Counted from the first letter of the stretch, positions 43,203 to 56,406 are shown. The stretch is DNA of 64,000 bases from Eledone cirrhosa (GCA_964016885.1 OZ024740.1:403248001-403312000), one strand, 5' to 3'. Notes: generated by a model not told the origin, from the sequence alone. Made by a program: numbers and translations.

Positions 43203-44854
43203 TTACCTCTCTGCGTCCCGGGAAACGGGCCGCTCAATTTCCATGCTGGTTGGGGATGGGTTGTTGGGTGGGGTGGTGGTTTGTGGAAGTGAAGGGGCAT
43301 CGGTGTGTTGTGGGGTTGGGGTGTTTGTCGTTGAGTGGGTGTCTGGGTGGGGTGGGGGGGTGAAATTTTTTAGGAGGACGCGGTTGATTGGTTTGGCGCA
43401 GGGGGGGCCCACGTCCTCCGTGAAATTTATTTTCAGTGTTTTGTACAAGTGCATTGGGACTTTTATCATTTTCAAATGAGGTAGTCCCACAGCAGTTATA
43501 AAGTTTGGCCCTTCAGTTTGGACCGAAGGGTTTGCTGAAATTGTTTTCCGTAATTCTTTGTTGTCTGTGTTCATGTATGTGTATTGTAAGGTCTTTTTTT
43601 GTGTAGCAGTTAGTGTTGTGTGACAGGGAGGGGTGGTTTGTGTGTAGTTTGTGTTCTCTTGGGGGGGGTTAAAGTTAACATGTGTGTCTGTGGTGCGTCT
43701 CCTCTTCTTTCTTTTTACTTGTTGGAAGGGATCTTTTTCGTCTTGCGACGAAAGAGGTTCGTCTTCCTTGTTGGGTGGGAGGGGTATGTTTTCTGGTAGT
43801 GTTTGCGGTGTGCGTGTTTTTGTATTTGTTTTGGGTGGGGAGGGATTGGGTGGGACAGTATTCTGTGTTATTTTTTCACGTGTTTGTTGTTGTTGTTGTT
43901 GTTGTTGTTGTGGTGGTGGTGGTGGGGTTGTTGGTTTTTGTTGTTGTTGTGGTTGTTTTTGTTGTTGTAGTTGGGGTGGTGTTGGTGTTGGTAGCAGTGT
44001 TTTTTTCTGTGTGAGCTGGGGACAGGCAGCCCTCAGGTGACCTCTATTGCCACAGAGGTAACAGGAGGGACGCCTACCCTCCACAATAATGTTGAGGTGG
44101 GTACGGTCATCCAGCATGACGCGCTCAGGGATTTGGGCGATGCGTTCTGGCCTTATTTGGGTCAGAACTTCGAGGCTCGTTCCACTGAACGCGTCGCCGG
44201 ATGCCTTCCCTATTGAGATGAGGTTGTCCTCGTCTAAATTGAGGAAACCGGTTAGTAACCACCAGTAGTTTATGTTTGGGGTGATGGTGGTTATCCATAT
44301 CCTCTGGGTTTTTTTACCCATGTAGGTGGGGAAGAAGGTGTAGTGTGTGGACCGAATTGGCGACACAGAGTATTTTTTTGCCGCCAATTCATCTTTCATC
44401 AATATGGATAAACTCCCATAGAGTTTATCCTTTTGTATGAAAGTGATGTCTCTCATCGCGTCTTTCAAGACTAACTGAGTTTCCGTTTGAGATGGTTGCG
44501 CTGGTTTCTTTGTTTTATTTAAAATTGTTCGGAATACGACAGTTCGTAATTCCGTCTGTCTTTTTAGCTCCGGAGGTGAATGTATAGAAAACGATCCGTT
44601 TTCGCCAAAAGACACATATTTCTTGGCTTTTTCCAGCATTTCTTTTGCTTTTGAAATATCTTCCAGCACATAAGCGACTGATAATTTAGCCGTTTGTGCA
44701 AAAGATATTTTGTTTTCGCTTTGGATATTAGTATTGTTTTGTTTCTCGTCGTTTGCGTTGTTTTCATCTTTGTTGTTGTTGTTGTCTTTCTCGTTTCGTG
44801 TGTGGATACTTGTGACGTTTGTGTTGTTGTTGTTTTTGTTGTCTTTATTGTTGC

Positions 44855-44885
<31 letters not shown>

Positions 44886-45065
44886 GTTGTTTTCAAATTC
44901 TTGTGTAGTTGTGGCTACATCTAGTGGTCGGTCAACAGGTGAAGACAATTCTTCCTCTCTCTGACCTCTGCCTTTGGCATCTGCTGCTGTGACAGTGGCA
45001 GGGGGAAGCTGTGAGTATGACTTCCCTTTTCTTTCTTTGATTGATGGTGAAGATGCTTCAGCCAT
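43203..45065 (-). CDS. ORF1 nucleic-acid-binding protein (~620 aa)
   Basis: CYLCGNRGHLRAAC zinc knuckle, poly-N and poly-Q/P tracts, basic KRKKRRR. Confidence 0.9.
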
Positions 45066-45322
45066 TTTTCTCAAAATAGGGTTTTTCGAAGTTTTTCGAA
45101 AGATAAAATGTTCACAATACTATTTCGCCCAAAGGCGCAGAATATTTTGAGAGACCGACCAGATCAAAATTTGACCTGGCAGTCCCTCTACAAAATGATA
45201 CAAAAATGAAAGTTTACAGTTTACAATTTCCGTATGAATTTAAACAAAAACTTACCGAGCGAGCTCAGCACATGTGTCCATCGTAGAGAGAGAGCCCAGA
45301 TAGATAGGTAGATAGATAGATA

Positions 45323-46289
45323 AGTTTCTTTTATTTGCCACTAGGGCATCAAAAGTGGGACAAGTACAAAGGGGGGAGTTTACACAAAAAGGCGTCCTCA
45401 ATAAGGAGGAGGCAATAACAAAATATAAAAATAAAATAAGATATAACAAAAAATAAAATTTTTAACAAAATCCTCAATAGAGAGGAGGCGCCTTGGGGGG
45501 TCGCACACACCCCCGAAAAAAGTGTGCAACCCTTTTCCTCAGGAGCACAGAGAGGGGGTGCTCCCTCGTTCCTTCCTCTTTTCCACCTACAGGCTTATGT
45601 AAAGAGAAGGCCCATTCACACGGGCCATTCTCGCCACTTTCACCCACCTTTCATAAAAACGACTGGGGTGCAGCACCTCTCTCTCCATCCTGATCCTTCT
45701 TCCGAAATGATATCGGAAGAAACGGACCAGTTGTTGGCCAGAGAGAAAGGTGCCTGACCTCAGTCCTTTCAGACGCGTCCACCATACAACCTCTTTCGCC
45801 ATGGCTATTACGCACAGAAACACCGCCTCTGCTTCATCTTTGAAGGGGGGAGGCGGCTTGATCATTACAATAGACACGGTGGTCAACCGGATCGGTCCCA
45901 CCCTTGACAGCAGTTGTTCGACATAGCCCCACAGATCGGCTACGCCCGAGCAGTGTACCAATGCGTGTGCAACGGTTTCCTCGTCGCACACGCATCTGGG
46001 ACAGATCTTTTTGGCGGGGTCCCTACCCGGGCGCCCGTGTCTGTAGAGCCTTTCTCGAACGGGTAAAGCCCCTCGGTAGCACTGCCAGGCCAGGGACTTC
46101 TGGAAGTTGTCCATAGGTCCCGGGCTGAATGTCCTACCGAACAGGCTGGCCAGTTCGTCCTCCTCCATGTCTAGGGCTTCTCCGAGGGCGTCGTCGCACC
46201 TGCTGCGTACCAGCCCTCTATAGAATGTTGCGGTGGAGTCTCCACTGATAACCGGATCCGCCTGCCAGAGGGCGGTGAGCGCCTGGGCA
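45323..46289 (-). mobile_element. Tx1-clade retrotransposon, copy 2 (heavily 5'-truncated, ~0.97 kb)
   Basis: ORF2 C-terminus plus 3' UTR, with (GATA)n spacers on both sides. Confidence 0.93.
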
Positions 46290-46305
46290 GATAGATAGAT
46301 AGATA

Positions 46306-49300
46306 AGTTTCTTTTATTTGCCACTAGGGCATCAAAAGTGGGACAAGTACAAAGGGGGGGGTTTACACAAAAAGGCGTCCTCAATAAGGAGGAGGCAATA
46401 ACAAAATATAAAAATAAAATAAGATATAACAAAAAATAAAATTTTTAACAAGATCCTCAATAGAGAGGAGGCACCTTGGGGGGTCGCACACACCCCCGAA
46501 AAAAGTGTGCAACCCTTTTCCTCAGGAGCACAGAGAGGGGGTGCTCCCTCGTTCCTTCCTCTTTTCCACCTACAGGCTTATGTAAAGAGAAGGCCCATTC
46601 ACACGGGCCATTCTCGCCACTTTCACCCACCTTTCATAAAAACGACTGGGGTGCAGCACCTCTCTCTCCATCCTGATCCTTCTTCCGAAATGATATCGGA
46701 AGAAACGGACCAGTTGTTGGCCAGAGAGAAAGGTGCCTGACCTCAGTCCTTTCAGACGCGTCCACCATACAACCTCTTTCGCCATGGCTATTACGCACAG
46801 AAACACCGCCTCTGCTTCATCTTTGAAGGGGGGAGGCGGCTTGATCATTACAATAGACTCGGTGGTCAACCGGATCGGTCCCACCCCTGACAGCAGTTGT
46901 TCGACATAGCCCCACAGATCGGCTACGCCCGAGCAGTGTACCAATGCGTGTGCAACGGTTTCCTCGTCGCACACGCATCTGGGACAGATCTTTTTGGCGG
47001 GGTCCCTACCCGGGCGCCCGTGTCTGTAGAGCCTTTCTCGAACGGGTAAAGCCCCTCGGTAGCACTGCCAGGCCAGGGACTTCTGGAAGTTGTCCATAGG
47101 TCCCGGGCTGAATGTCCTACCGAACAGGCTGGCCAGTTCGTCCTCCTCCATGTCTAGGGCTTCTCCGAGGGCGTCGTCGCACCTGCTGCGTACCAGCCCT
47201 CTATAGAATGTTGCGGTGGAGTCTCCACTGATAACCGGATCCGCCTGCCAGAGGGCGGTGAGCGCCTGGGCACACTCAGTGTGCCAGGCGCCCAGTTTTC
47301 TCGGTCTTTGCTTGACCCAGGATTGCAGCTCGGTGAGTGAGACGAGTCTGGGAAAGGTTCGTCTCACAAACGAGGCCCACACCGGTTGTCCGGTGAGGAA
47401 TACGTAGAGGTGCCGTAGCCTTAATGCGTGTTTACGCATCATTAGCCACGGCGTCTCCAGCCCTCCTTTCGAAGGGTGTTGACAGCAGATGGATCTCCTC
47501 ACCATAGGAGCCCGCCTCTTCCAAAGGAATTGGAAGAGCGCGCGCTCCATCTTGGTGAGGGTTTCCCTTTGGCAGGGCACTACGGTCAGGCGGTAGTAGA
47601 TGACGGACGCTATATAAGTGTTCGCCACCTCCGCCCGACCTTTCAGGGATAGTTTGCAACTGGCCCACTTCTGGGTCAGTGCAAACACCCTGTTCGTAAC
47701 CTCCGCCCAGTTTTTCTCCACCTGGAGGTCCGGTCCGAACCAGACCCCGAGCAACTTCACCGGGCCCTCCATCCAGCGTCCGACGACGCCATCAGAGGGC
47801 ATCGGTCTGCCCCTCCACGTGCCGAGTTGCAAACCGATCGACTTGTCCCGGTTCAGCTTAGCCCCTGTGAACTTTTCGTACTCCTCCAGTAAGGTGCCGA
47901 CTGCCTCGATTTCGGAGGCCGTCGACACCATTACTGTCACATCATCGGCGTAGGCTGACACCGCTTTCCGCAATCCCGGTTCCAAAGGGATGCCCTGCAA
48001 CAACTCCAACTTCCGCAGTAGTGGCTCGAGAGTCAACACATACAGAAGGGAGGAGAGAGGGCACCCTTGTCGGATGGACCGCGCGATTTTGAACGGCTCC
48101 GAGAGGTAGCCGTTCATCTTGACCCTAGAGCAGATGCGGCTGCTGTGCATAGCAGTGATCCAGCCCCTGAAAACGGGTCCGAAGCCTGCCGCCGCTAGCA
48201 CCGCATCCAGGTAACCATGGTCGACCCTATCGAACGCCTTAGATTGATCCAAGTTGATCAGAGCCCCACCAAAGCCGGGTTCGTTCCCAACCCTCTCTAT
48301 GATGTATCGCATGAGGTGGAGGTTGTCATGGATGGACCTGGACGGGATAGCGCATGTCTGCGCATCTCCCACCAGGTTGCCCACGACAAGCGCCAACCTC
48401 TTTGCTAGCACCTTGGCCAAAATCTGTAACTCTGTATTTAGCAGAGTTATGGGCCTGAAGTTACTTATTTCGTCCCCCTTGTTCTCGTCCTTCCTCACTA
48501 GCGTGACTACGCCCTTGGTCACAGTACAGGGAATTCTCCCGTTCTGTTGCCAGTTGCAGTAGACCGCCTCGAGGAGATCGGGGAACAAGTCCGGCATAGC
48601 TAGATATAATTCGTAAGGAAGACCATCGAGACCCGGGGATTTGCGTTTGCCGCATTGGCTCAGCACGTCCTCTATCTCAGCGGCCGAAATCGGCTCCTCG
48701 CAGGACTTCGCCTCCCTGTCCGAGAGGTGCGGCAGGCCGTCGAGGTATGGACCGAAGTCCACGTTCCCAACCGGCTCCCCGCCCCTCCCGAACAGTCGGG
48801 CAAAGTGCCTTTGAAAGGCCTCACACATCTGCTTAGGCTCAAGAATCGCCCGTCCATCCAGGTCTCGCAAAGACCGGATGGTGGATTTAGTTCCACTGTT
48901 GGCCTCTGTCACGCGGGCCCAGCTAACAGCTTTGGCCCCCTCGTTCCCTAGAGCACGTATTTTACTTCGGACAACGCAGCCTTCGTGCTTCGCGTCGAAA
49001 AACTGGCTCAAAGCCGTTCTCGACGCTAGCACTCTGGCCACGTCGCCGCTTCTAATTGCCTCTTCTACTCTATCTATTAGCTCCCTTTCCTTCCTATTCC
49101 TATCCGCAGCTAGAACCTTACTAAATCCAATCGAGACTACTCTAATCTCTCTCTTTAGAGATACCCACCACCTGCTGTTGACGATCGCTCCAGTCAACCG
49201 TTCCTTAACTAACGTACTAATCCGATTCCTGTAGGCTCTACTTGCCGGCAAGGACAAGTTGAGTTTCCAGTAACCGGGGCCCTGTCTATGCGTTCTATCA

Positions 49301-51148
49301 AGGTTGACCATGCAGGTCACCAACTTGTGGTCTGAATAGCCAACCATGAGCATTTCTGGACAACTTAAAAAGTCCCTGTCCTTATTTCTAACTAAAAATC
49401 TATCTAGGTACGATCTAGATGATCCGCTGCGATTTGACCAAGACCAGGTTGGCACCGTCGGAAAATCTAGTCGAAATCTATCGGCCAGGTCAAATCGGCC
49501 GAGTAACCCCTTGAGGCTGTTGCACCCCTCTCTATCGGGACATGCCCCTGCATAGTCCCAACGTGCATCCAGGATACCATTCCAATCCCCCACTAAAAGC
49601 AGGGAACGGGACGTCCCTAGAAAAGACTCCAGACGCTGGAAAAAGTCGGGCCGCTCTGTCCCAAAAGGGGCATATGCGGCTATCAGCCTAAAGGCTCTAC
49701 CTTCACCACTGCCAAGGTCCAGCACCACCAGTCGACCCCCTGGGTCCAAGTGAACTATCTGTGTTGCAAGGCCCATATGTTTTTGCAGCAGAACGACAAC
49801 CCCACCCCCACCTCCGGGCTGACAGAGAGATGCGTGCATCTCAAAGTCGTCAAAGGTGGGGGCTAGCTGTCGCATGCTGCTGATCCGGGCCTCGCAGATA
49901 ACCATCACATTTATAGATTGTGACCTGAGGTCATTTAGAAGCATTGCTTGCTTCCAAGACGAGCCCAGGCCACGCGCATTTAGACACCCTACTCTTAGCA
50001 CAGCCATGTTGGTGGTAAAGAGAAAAGGCACTTACCTCTCTGCGTCCCGGGAAACGGGCCGCTCAATTTCCATGCTGGTTGGGGATGGGTTGTTGGGTGG
50101 GGTTGTGGTTTGTGGAAGTGAAGGGGCATCGGTGTGTTGTGGGGTTGGGGTGTTTGTCGTTGAGTGGGTGTCTGGGTGGGGTGGGGGGTGAATTTTTTTA
50201 GGAGGACGCGGTTGATTGGTTTGGCGCAGGGGGGGCCCACGTCCTCCGTGAAATTTATTTTCAGTGTTTTGTACAAGTGCATTGGGACTTTTATCATTTT
50301 CAAATGAGGTAGTCCCACAGCAGTTATAAAGTTTGGCCCTTCAGTTTGGACCGAAGGGTTTGCTGAAATTGTTTTCCGTAATTCTTTGTTGTCTGTGTTC
50401 ATGTATGTGTATTGTAATGTCTTTTTTTGTGTAGCAGTTAGTGTTGTGTGACAGGGAGGGGTGGTTTGTGTGTAGTTTGTGTTCTCTTGGGGGGGATTAA
50501 AGTTAACATGTGTGTCTGTGGTGCGTCTCCTCTTCTTTCTTTTTACTTGTTGGAAGGGATCTTTTTCGTCTTCCTTGTTGGGTGGGAGGGGTATGTTTTC
50601 TGGTATGTTTTGCGGTGTGCGTGTTTTTGTATTTGTTTTGGGTGGGGAGGGATTGGGTGGGACAGTATTCTGTGTTATTTTTTCACGTGTTTGTTGTTGT
50701 TGTTGTTGTGGTGGTGGTGGTGGGGTTGTTGGTTTTTGTTGTTGTTGTGGTTGTTTTTGTTGTTGTAGTTGGGGTGGTGTTGGTGTTGGTAGCAGTGTTT
50801 TTTTCTGTGTGAGCTGGGGACAGGCAGCCCTCAGGTGACCTCTATTGCCACAGAGGTAACAGGAGGGACGCCTACCCTCCACAATAATGTTGAGGTGGGT
50901 ACGGTCATCCAGCATGACGCGCTCAGGGATTTGGGCGATGCGTTCTGGCCTTATTTGGGTCAGAACTTCGAGGCTCGTTCCACTGAACGCGTCGCCGGAT
51001 GCCTTCCCTATTGAGATGAGGTTGTCCTCGTCTAAATTGAGGAAACCGGTTAGTAACCACCAGTAGTTTATGTTTGGGGTGATGGTGGTTATCCATATCC
51101 TCTGGGGTTTTTTACCCATGTAGGTGGGGAAGAAGGTGTAGTGTGTGG
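46306..51148 (-). mobile_element. Tx1-clade retrotransposon, copy 1 (5'-truncated within ORF1)
   Basis: Near-identical to copy 3; 5' junction runs directly into (GATA)n 51149-51219. Confidence 0.95.
46570..50007 (-). CDS. ORF2 (APE-RT-CCHC), intact with YADD
   Basis: Uninterrupted ORF; all catalytic motifs present. Confidence 0.93.
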   Translation of the reverse strand: MAVLRVGCLNARGLGSSWKQAMLLNDLRSQSINVMVICEARISSMRQLAPTFDDFEMHASLCQPGGGGGVVVLLQKHMGLATQIVHLDPGGRLVVLDLGSGEGRAFRLIAAYAPFGTERPDFFQRLESFLGTSRSLLLVGDWNGILDARWDYAGACPDREGCNSLKGLLGRFDLADRFRLDFPTVPTWSWSNRSGSSRSYLDRFLVRNKDRDFLSCPEMLMVGYSDHKLVTCMVNLDRTHRQGPGYWKLNLSLPASRAYRNRISTLVKERLTGAIVNSRWWVSLKREIRVVSIGFSKVLAADRNRKERELIDRVEEAIRSGDVARVLASRTALSQFFDAKHEGCVVRSKIRALGNEGAKAVSWARVTEANSGTKSTIRSLRDLDGRAILEPKQMCEAFQRHFARLFGRGGEPVGNVDFGPYLDGLPHLSDREAKSCEEPISAAEIEDVLSQCGKRKSPGLDGLPYELYLAMPDLFPDLLEAVYCNWQQNGRIPCTVTKGVVTLVRKDENKGDEISNFRPITLLNTELQILAKVLAKRLALVVGNLVGDAQTCAIPSRSIHDNLHLMRYIIERVGNEPGFGGALINLDQSKAFDRVDHGYLDAVLAAAGFGPVFRGWITAMHSSRICSRVKMNGYLSEPFKIARSIRQGCPLSSLLYVLTLEPLLRKLELLQGIPLEPGLRKAVSAYADDVTVMVSTASEIEAVGTLLEEYEKFTGAKLNRDKSIGLQLGTWRGRPMPSDGVVGRWMEGPVKLLGVWFGPDLQVEKNWAEVTNRVFALTQKWASCKLSLKGRAEVANTYIASVIYYRLTVVPCQRETLTKMERALFQFLWKRRAPMVRRSICCQHPSKGGLETPWLMMRKHALRLRHLYVFLTGQPVWASFVRRTFPRLVSLTELQSWVKQRPRKLGAWHTECAQALTALWQADPVISGDSTATFYRGLVRSRCDDALGEALDMEEDELASLFGRTFSPGPMDNFQKSLAWQCYRGALPVRERLYRHGRPGRDPAKKICPRCVCDEETVAHALVHCSGVADLWGYVEQLLSGVGPIRLTTESIVMIKPPPPFKDEAEAVFLCVIAMAKEVVWWTRLKGLRSGTFLSGQQLVRFFRYHFGRRIRMEREVLHPSRFYERWVKVARMARVNGPSLYISL

Positions 51149-51219
<71 letters not shown>
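51149..51219. repeat. (GATA)n microsatellite, remaining target tract upstream of the array
   Basis: Direct inspection. Confidence 0.95.
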
Positions 51220-51220
<1 letters not shown>

Positions 51221-51607
51221 CTTAAAACTTCCAATACCTATCTAATCGCTTTGCTTCAGACGTCAGTAGACCGAAATTATTAGGATCACTTTCCAGATAA
51301 CGAATCCCCTTAACTCAGACAGAAGTCATACAGTGAATTTTTAATTAATAAGATGCCAGTGTTAATTATATTACACTATTCTTCTGATATAGCTATTGTT
51401 TGCAATCATTAGGAAATAAATCCACCTTATACCAACATAGGTACAGGATAGAAACACATTTTCTAAAATGATTATTTTATAAATTGAAAGTAATGAACAC
51501 TTTTCTCTGTTGACGTCGATCTTCTCTTTCATAAGATATAAGGTAATTGTCACAGTGGAACGCTTCTGATTATATAGCTATCATTCTAGCTTACTACGGT
51601 GTTTATA

Positions 51608-51730
51608 GTGGTGGTGATGGTGGTGATGATGGTGGTGGTGGTGGTGGTGGTAGTGGTGGTGGTAGTGTTGGTAGTGGTGGTGATGATGGTTGCAGTGGTG
51701 GTGGTGTTAGTATTGTTGTTGGTGGCAGTT
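51608..51730. repeat. (GGT)n-rich trinucleotide repeat
   Basis: Direct inspection. Confidence 0.85.
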
Positions 51731-52285
51731 GTGGATGTAGTGTCGATTTTATATGATAGAGAGTTCTTACCTTTGTTATTGTTGTTAGAGTTCTCGTTAT
51801 TCTCCATTTTTTAAATAATGCCTTATAATGTTATTGTTGTTGTTATCAACATGTATTTTTTTCTATTTGATTAATATTTTGTATGTTATATATATATATT
51901 ATTGGTATTTTATATTATTTTTATTTTTATTTTCATCCCTGAGTTGATTAGTATATTTGGCTTTTAATTAATACCAGAAGCATAATGAGCAAAGAGCAAA
52001 TTATTTCAAAAATAATTATGACGCTTTCATAGATGTGTGTGTGTGTATGTGCGTGCGTGTGTGTATGTGTGTATGTATGTGTGTATGTGTGTGTGTACGT
52101 GTGTGTATGTGTGAGTGTGTACGTGTGTGTGTGTGTGGATGTATTTCGTTGAATGTCAATAATTATGTAATAACTGTGCATCGACTTGTATATATAAACG
52201 TATATGTGAATGATTATTATATGTATATATGTATGTAGGTTTATTATGTATATATATATATATGTATATGTACATATATATATGT

Positions 52286-52351
<66 letters not shown>

Positions 52352-52393
52352 ATATATATATATTCACAGACTGTCTCTCTCTCTTTATATATA

Positions 52394-52508
<115 letters not shown>

Positions 52509-52846
52509 CTATCATACGCTAAAGATAATTTCTGGTGTATATTAATACATAAATACTTACATAGCTGTACATATTAGTTTGACAAAATGATACTGCTGAA
52601 AATCTTGTATCTCATCGAAACTTCCGGCAAGATTTTAAAAGTTTTAATTACGTTGGAGAAAATAAATTTGAATTTTTTGATAAATATTAATTCTTCCAAA
52701 TTTTAAAGAAAACACTAGATTTTCATGTATGTGTGTTTACATTCACCAAACTCATGCGAACACGTTCATCCAAATACATAAACAATGCACACATATATGT
52801 GTATACAATCAAATAAATGTTTATATAGAAATTTGTATTATTCTTA

Positions 52847-53535
52847 CTAGCCGAATTACCCGCACCTTGCTGTGTTTCACACACATTTTTTTTTTTTTTT
52901 TTTTTTTTTTGTAAGAAAAGAAAATGATAATTGATTTTAAATCAGTGATATAATTTATGAAGAAAACCTCTGCATTTCAATATTGCTCAATGTAAAATGT
53001 AATGCATGAAAAATTGGAAACATTATTTTTTGTAATATATCAAATCAAAATTATATTATTAAATCTTATTCTTATTTTGTTGGTTGTAAATAATTTTTTT
53101 TAAATATCAATTCAAAACTTTTGTGAATAGGCATCATATCTTGTCATTTACCTATGGTTTAAATTTCATATAAATAGAAGGGAAAAAATTTTCAGCGGGG
53201 TTTTGTGCTCCCGGGGAACCCTGATAGGGGGAACCCCCATTAGGGTATCTTAATATTATTGAAATTTGATGAAATTCTGTGAATAGGCATCATATCTTGT
53301 CATTTATCTATGGTTTAAATTTCATATAGTCGAAGGAAAATAATTTTCTGCGGGGGTTTTCAGCGGGGGTATGTGCTCCCGGGGAACCCTTTGATTAAAA
53401 TGAAATATACTTATCCAAGTACCCTGGGCAATGTAGTTTCAGAATATATATGGTTATGGAGGTCTATCTCCAAAACTATAGGAGTTCGTCAACAAACAAA
53501 CAAACAGACAGGAACTACAACTTTATATATATAGA
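52847..53535 (-). mobile_element. Non-autonomous Helitron-like element
   Basis: Minus strand starts A|TCTATATATATAAAG and ends CTAG|T; internal duplication ~53121-53222 / 53277-53390. Confidence 0.75.
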
Positions 53536-53544
53536 TGCTTAAGG

Positions 53545-53759
53545 GATTAATAGAACTGGTAGAACGTCAGACAACATACTTAGCAACATAGAGTTACGGC
53601 CTCTTACGTTCTGAGTTCAAATCCCGCCGAGTTTAGCTTTCTGATTCATCTTTACAGGGTTTATGAAATAAAATACCAGTAATGCAGTGGGATCGATTTA
53701 ATCGACTTTCCCTTTCACCAAAAATTGTTGGCCTTGTGCCTAAATGAGAAACCATTATT
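53545..53759 (+). mobile_element. SINE family 1
   Basis: ctgagttcaaatcccgccgag..aaaataccagt..ggccttgtgcctaaa. Confidence 0.75.
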
Positions 53760-54334
53760 CTCCTACTTCTTGATACGTATGTGTGTGTTCTTCAGGGGAC
53801 TCAATATAAACGGTTTATATAGAAGAAAATAATCCTCCTCGGAAGAAACGATAATTCGTAGAAACTGCAAGTAGTGACTTCGTCCGTCTGCATTGTTGTT
53901 ACGTTTTTGTTTTTTTTCAGAAAGATGCTGTTTAAAGATGCTGTTTAAAGATGATGCAATTCTCCTTAGCCACGGAGTGTCTTTTATCAATTCTCCAACG
54001 CATCCAAAGTGTTTTCCCTATCAGCATAAAGAAAACTGCGGTTTATCACGTAGAATGCCCCACACTATACTTCCATTTCTAATAACGCCTCCACACTCAA
54101 TATGAGAGATAATTTCACGTATTCAAGCTTAATCGTAACCAATGACTTATCTCTAAACGCTATGGTTTAGGTGCAAATCAGTAATGTAAAAACTGAGATC
54201 ATCCAATTCAAAACCGTAATGGAGTGCCAAGAGTGGGGGGAGGGGTTGAAAAGAAAAAATCTGCCATCTCTTAAACGGGTGGGGAACAGCAACCATATAT
54301 ATATATAAAATATATATATATAAAATATATATAT

Positions 54335-54417
<83 letters not shown>

Positions 54418-56406
54418 GTGTGTGTGTATGTGTATGTGTGTGTGTGTGTGTGCGCGTGTGCATGTATTTCTATAACGTTGACACTATTTTGTTTCAATGT
54501 TATATAGTCTACTATATTTATAGCTGGCACTGTAGTTATAGATATAAATACCTTGCCTGTACATGTGAATATCTTAGAATACGGATCCTGTTAAAAGATT
54601 GACCCCAGACTTGTACAAAAATAGATGAACAAATAAATCAGTAAATAGAATATGAAATCAACAGATAATAAAAATTAATATATAGGAATCAGAAAGCCGT
54701 ATAATCATTTCTTATACAAATATCAGGTTTTGACCCAAAAGTTTAATCAAATCCCTTGGTAGTCCCACTGACCCTCGGGGGAAGGGCTTATCTACCACTT
54801 TGAGGATCACTGATGCGTATTTGCACTGACATTTTGCATATATTTTGAAGCTGCGTCAATTTAGTGAATTATAAGCGCATTTAATATTTCCCTGAAGCCT
54901 AATGTTCAGTTGATTCTCTTTTAGAGTTGCATTTAATTAATCTACTTTCCGAATATGTACTAAATATTGTATGTGGTTAACTTTTAATAGCAAAGTTTTC
55001 CTTCTATATTGATATCAAGAGTTAATCATTAATTTACCTGATCTCTATTTAGCCAGCTTTCTTGCTTATCACTGAGGTCTCTCCACTGGTTTCTCTCAAT
55101 CTTATGATAATCGGATTACCATCAAATATATAACAATTTAAAATGATACGCAGAACTGAATATTTGGAGTTTCTTTACTTCGCAGTTCTACTTTTTTTTA
55201 TGAACTTTGTTTAGATTTTGGATTCAATTAAAATGTTTTATTTGAACATTCATTCCACTTTTCATAAAAATTAAATTTACTAGTAATCTTTAGGGGAAAT
55301 AAAACATGTTTGTTATATACAACGCCGTTAAGTTTATTTTTATCAGAATGTTCTTGTACATTCTAAAAGGATAGAAGTGATAAAGTCATATAATGATTGG
55401 ATTGCCAGAAATCTGAAAGTATCGGACTTATGTCAACTTTGCTTTTAATCAATTCAAGGTTCATAAAATAAAGTATTGGGGTCGATTAGATCGCCTAATT
55501 CCGCTACTACCATCACCACTTTCCCCGCTGAAAATGTCTGGCTTTATTCCTAAATGATAATATACAGCTTATTGAAAATAGAAAACCGAAGACAATTTCG
55601 CTACGCGTGTTGATAGAACCTGAATATTAAATAATTTATAAATATTTCGTCTTCTAAAATTAACCATAATCATATGTATATATCTTCTTTTTTTTTGTTT
55701 CGTTTTGTTGTTGCTGGATTTTTTTTTCCATTGTTGTTCATTTTTTATTCTTTTTTATGGTTTCCATAAATTCAGACCTCCCGCAAAACAAAGTATCATG
55801 CTACTATTTTACATTGGTGCTGTCAAAGCTTATGTTTGAACAATAAAGTTAATGATACATACAGCGTGAAGTGACAAAGGGTTAAAAACAAGTTGTCACA
55901 ATCAACCTATAGATGCTTGCGTGTAATGAATTTCGCATGCCGTGATATGTGAGGATATGAATGCACTCAAGATAGACTTTTTGACTGATACATGATGAAC
56001 TGACCGGAGCACACTGATACAACATGGAAAGTTCAAAACCTACCTACCTTGTCATCACTCTCTCCATCACTGTCTCCCCTCTCTCGCTCTCTTGCTCTAT
56101 CCTTCACTGTTCACCCCTCTCTTTCTCTCTATCTATCTATCTATCTATCTATATCTCAATCTCTCTCTCTCTCTCTATCTATCTATCTACGATGGACACA
56201 TGTGCTGAGCTCGCTCGGTAAGTTTTGTTTAAATTCATCCGGAAATTGTAAACCGTAAACTTTCATTTTTGTACCATTTTGTAGAGGGACTGTCAGGTCA
56301 AACTTTGATCTGGTCAGTCTCTCAAAATATTCTGCGCCTTTGGGCGAAATAGTATTGTAAACATTTTATCTTTCGAAAAACTTCGAAAAACCCTATTTTG
56401 AGAAAA

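Larger units (their letters stand above)
39478..45294 (-). mobile_element. Tx1-clade retrotransposon, copy 3 (subfamily B; full length)
   Basis: Both ORFs open; 12-bp TSD CCCAGATAGATA at 39466-39477 and 45295-45306. Confidence 0.95.

Noticed and set aside
39466-45297. GGG at two 5' junctions as independent cap-derived additions or template jumps
   Set aside because: The second GGG is explained by the TSD of copy 3; only the copy 4 GG could be non-templated
45587-46432. 281-aa ORF with hydrophobic N-terminus
   Set aside because: Chimera of the copy 1 3' UTR, the TATC spacer and truncated copy 2 ORF2; non-ATG start
33734-51219. CRISPR-like or satellite reading of the repeat-separated array
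   Set aside because: Units are kb-scale LINE copies with different truncations in eukaryotic DNA
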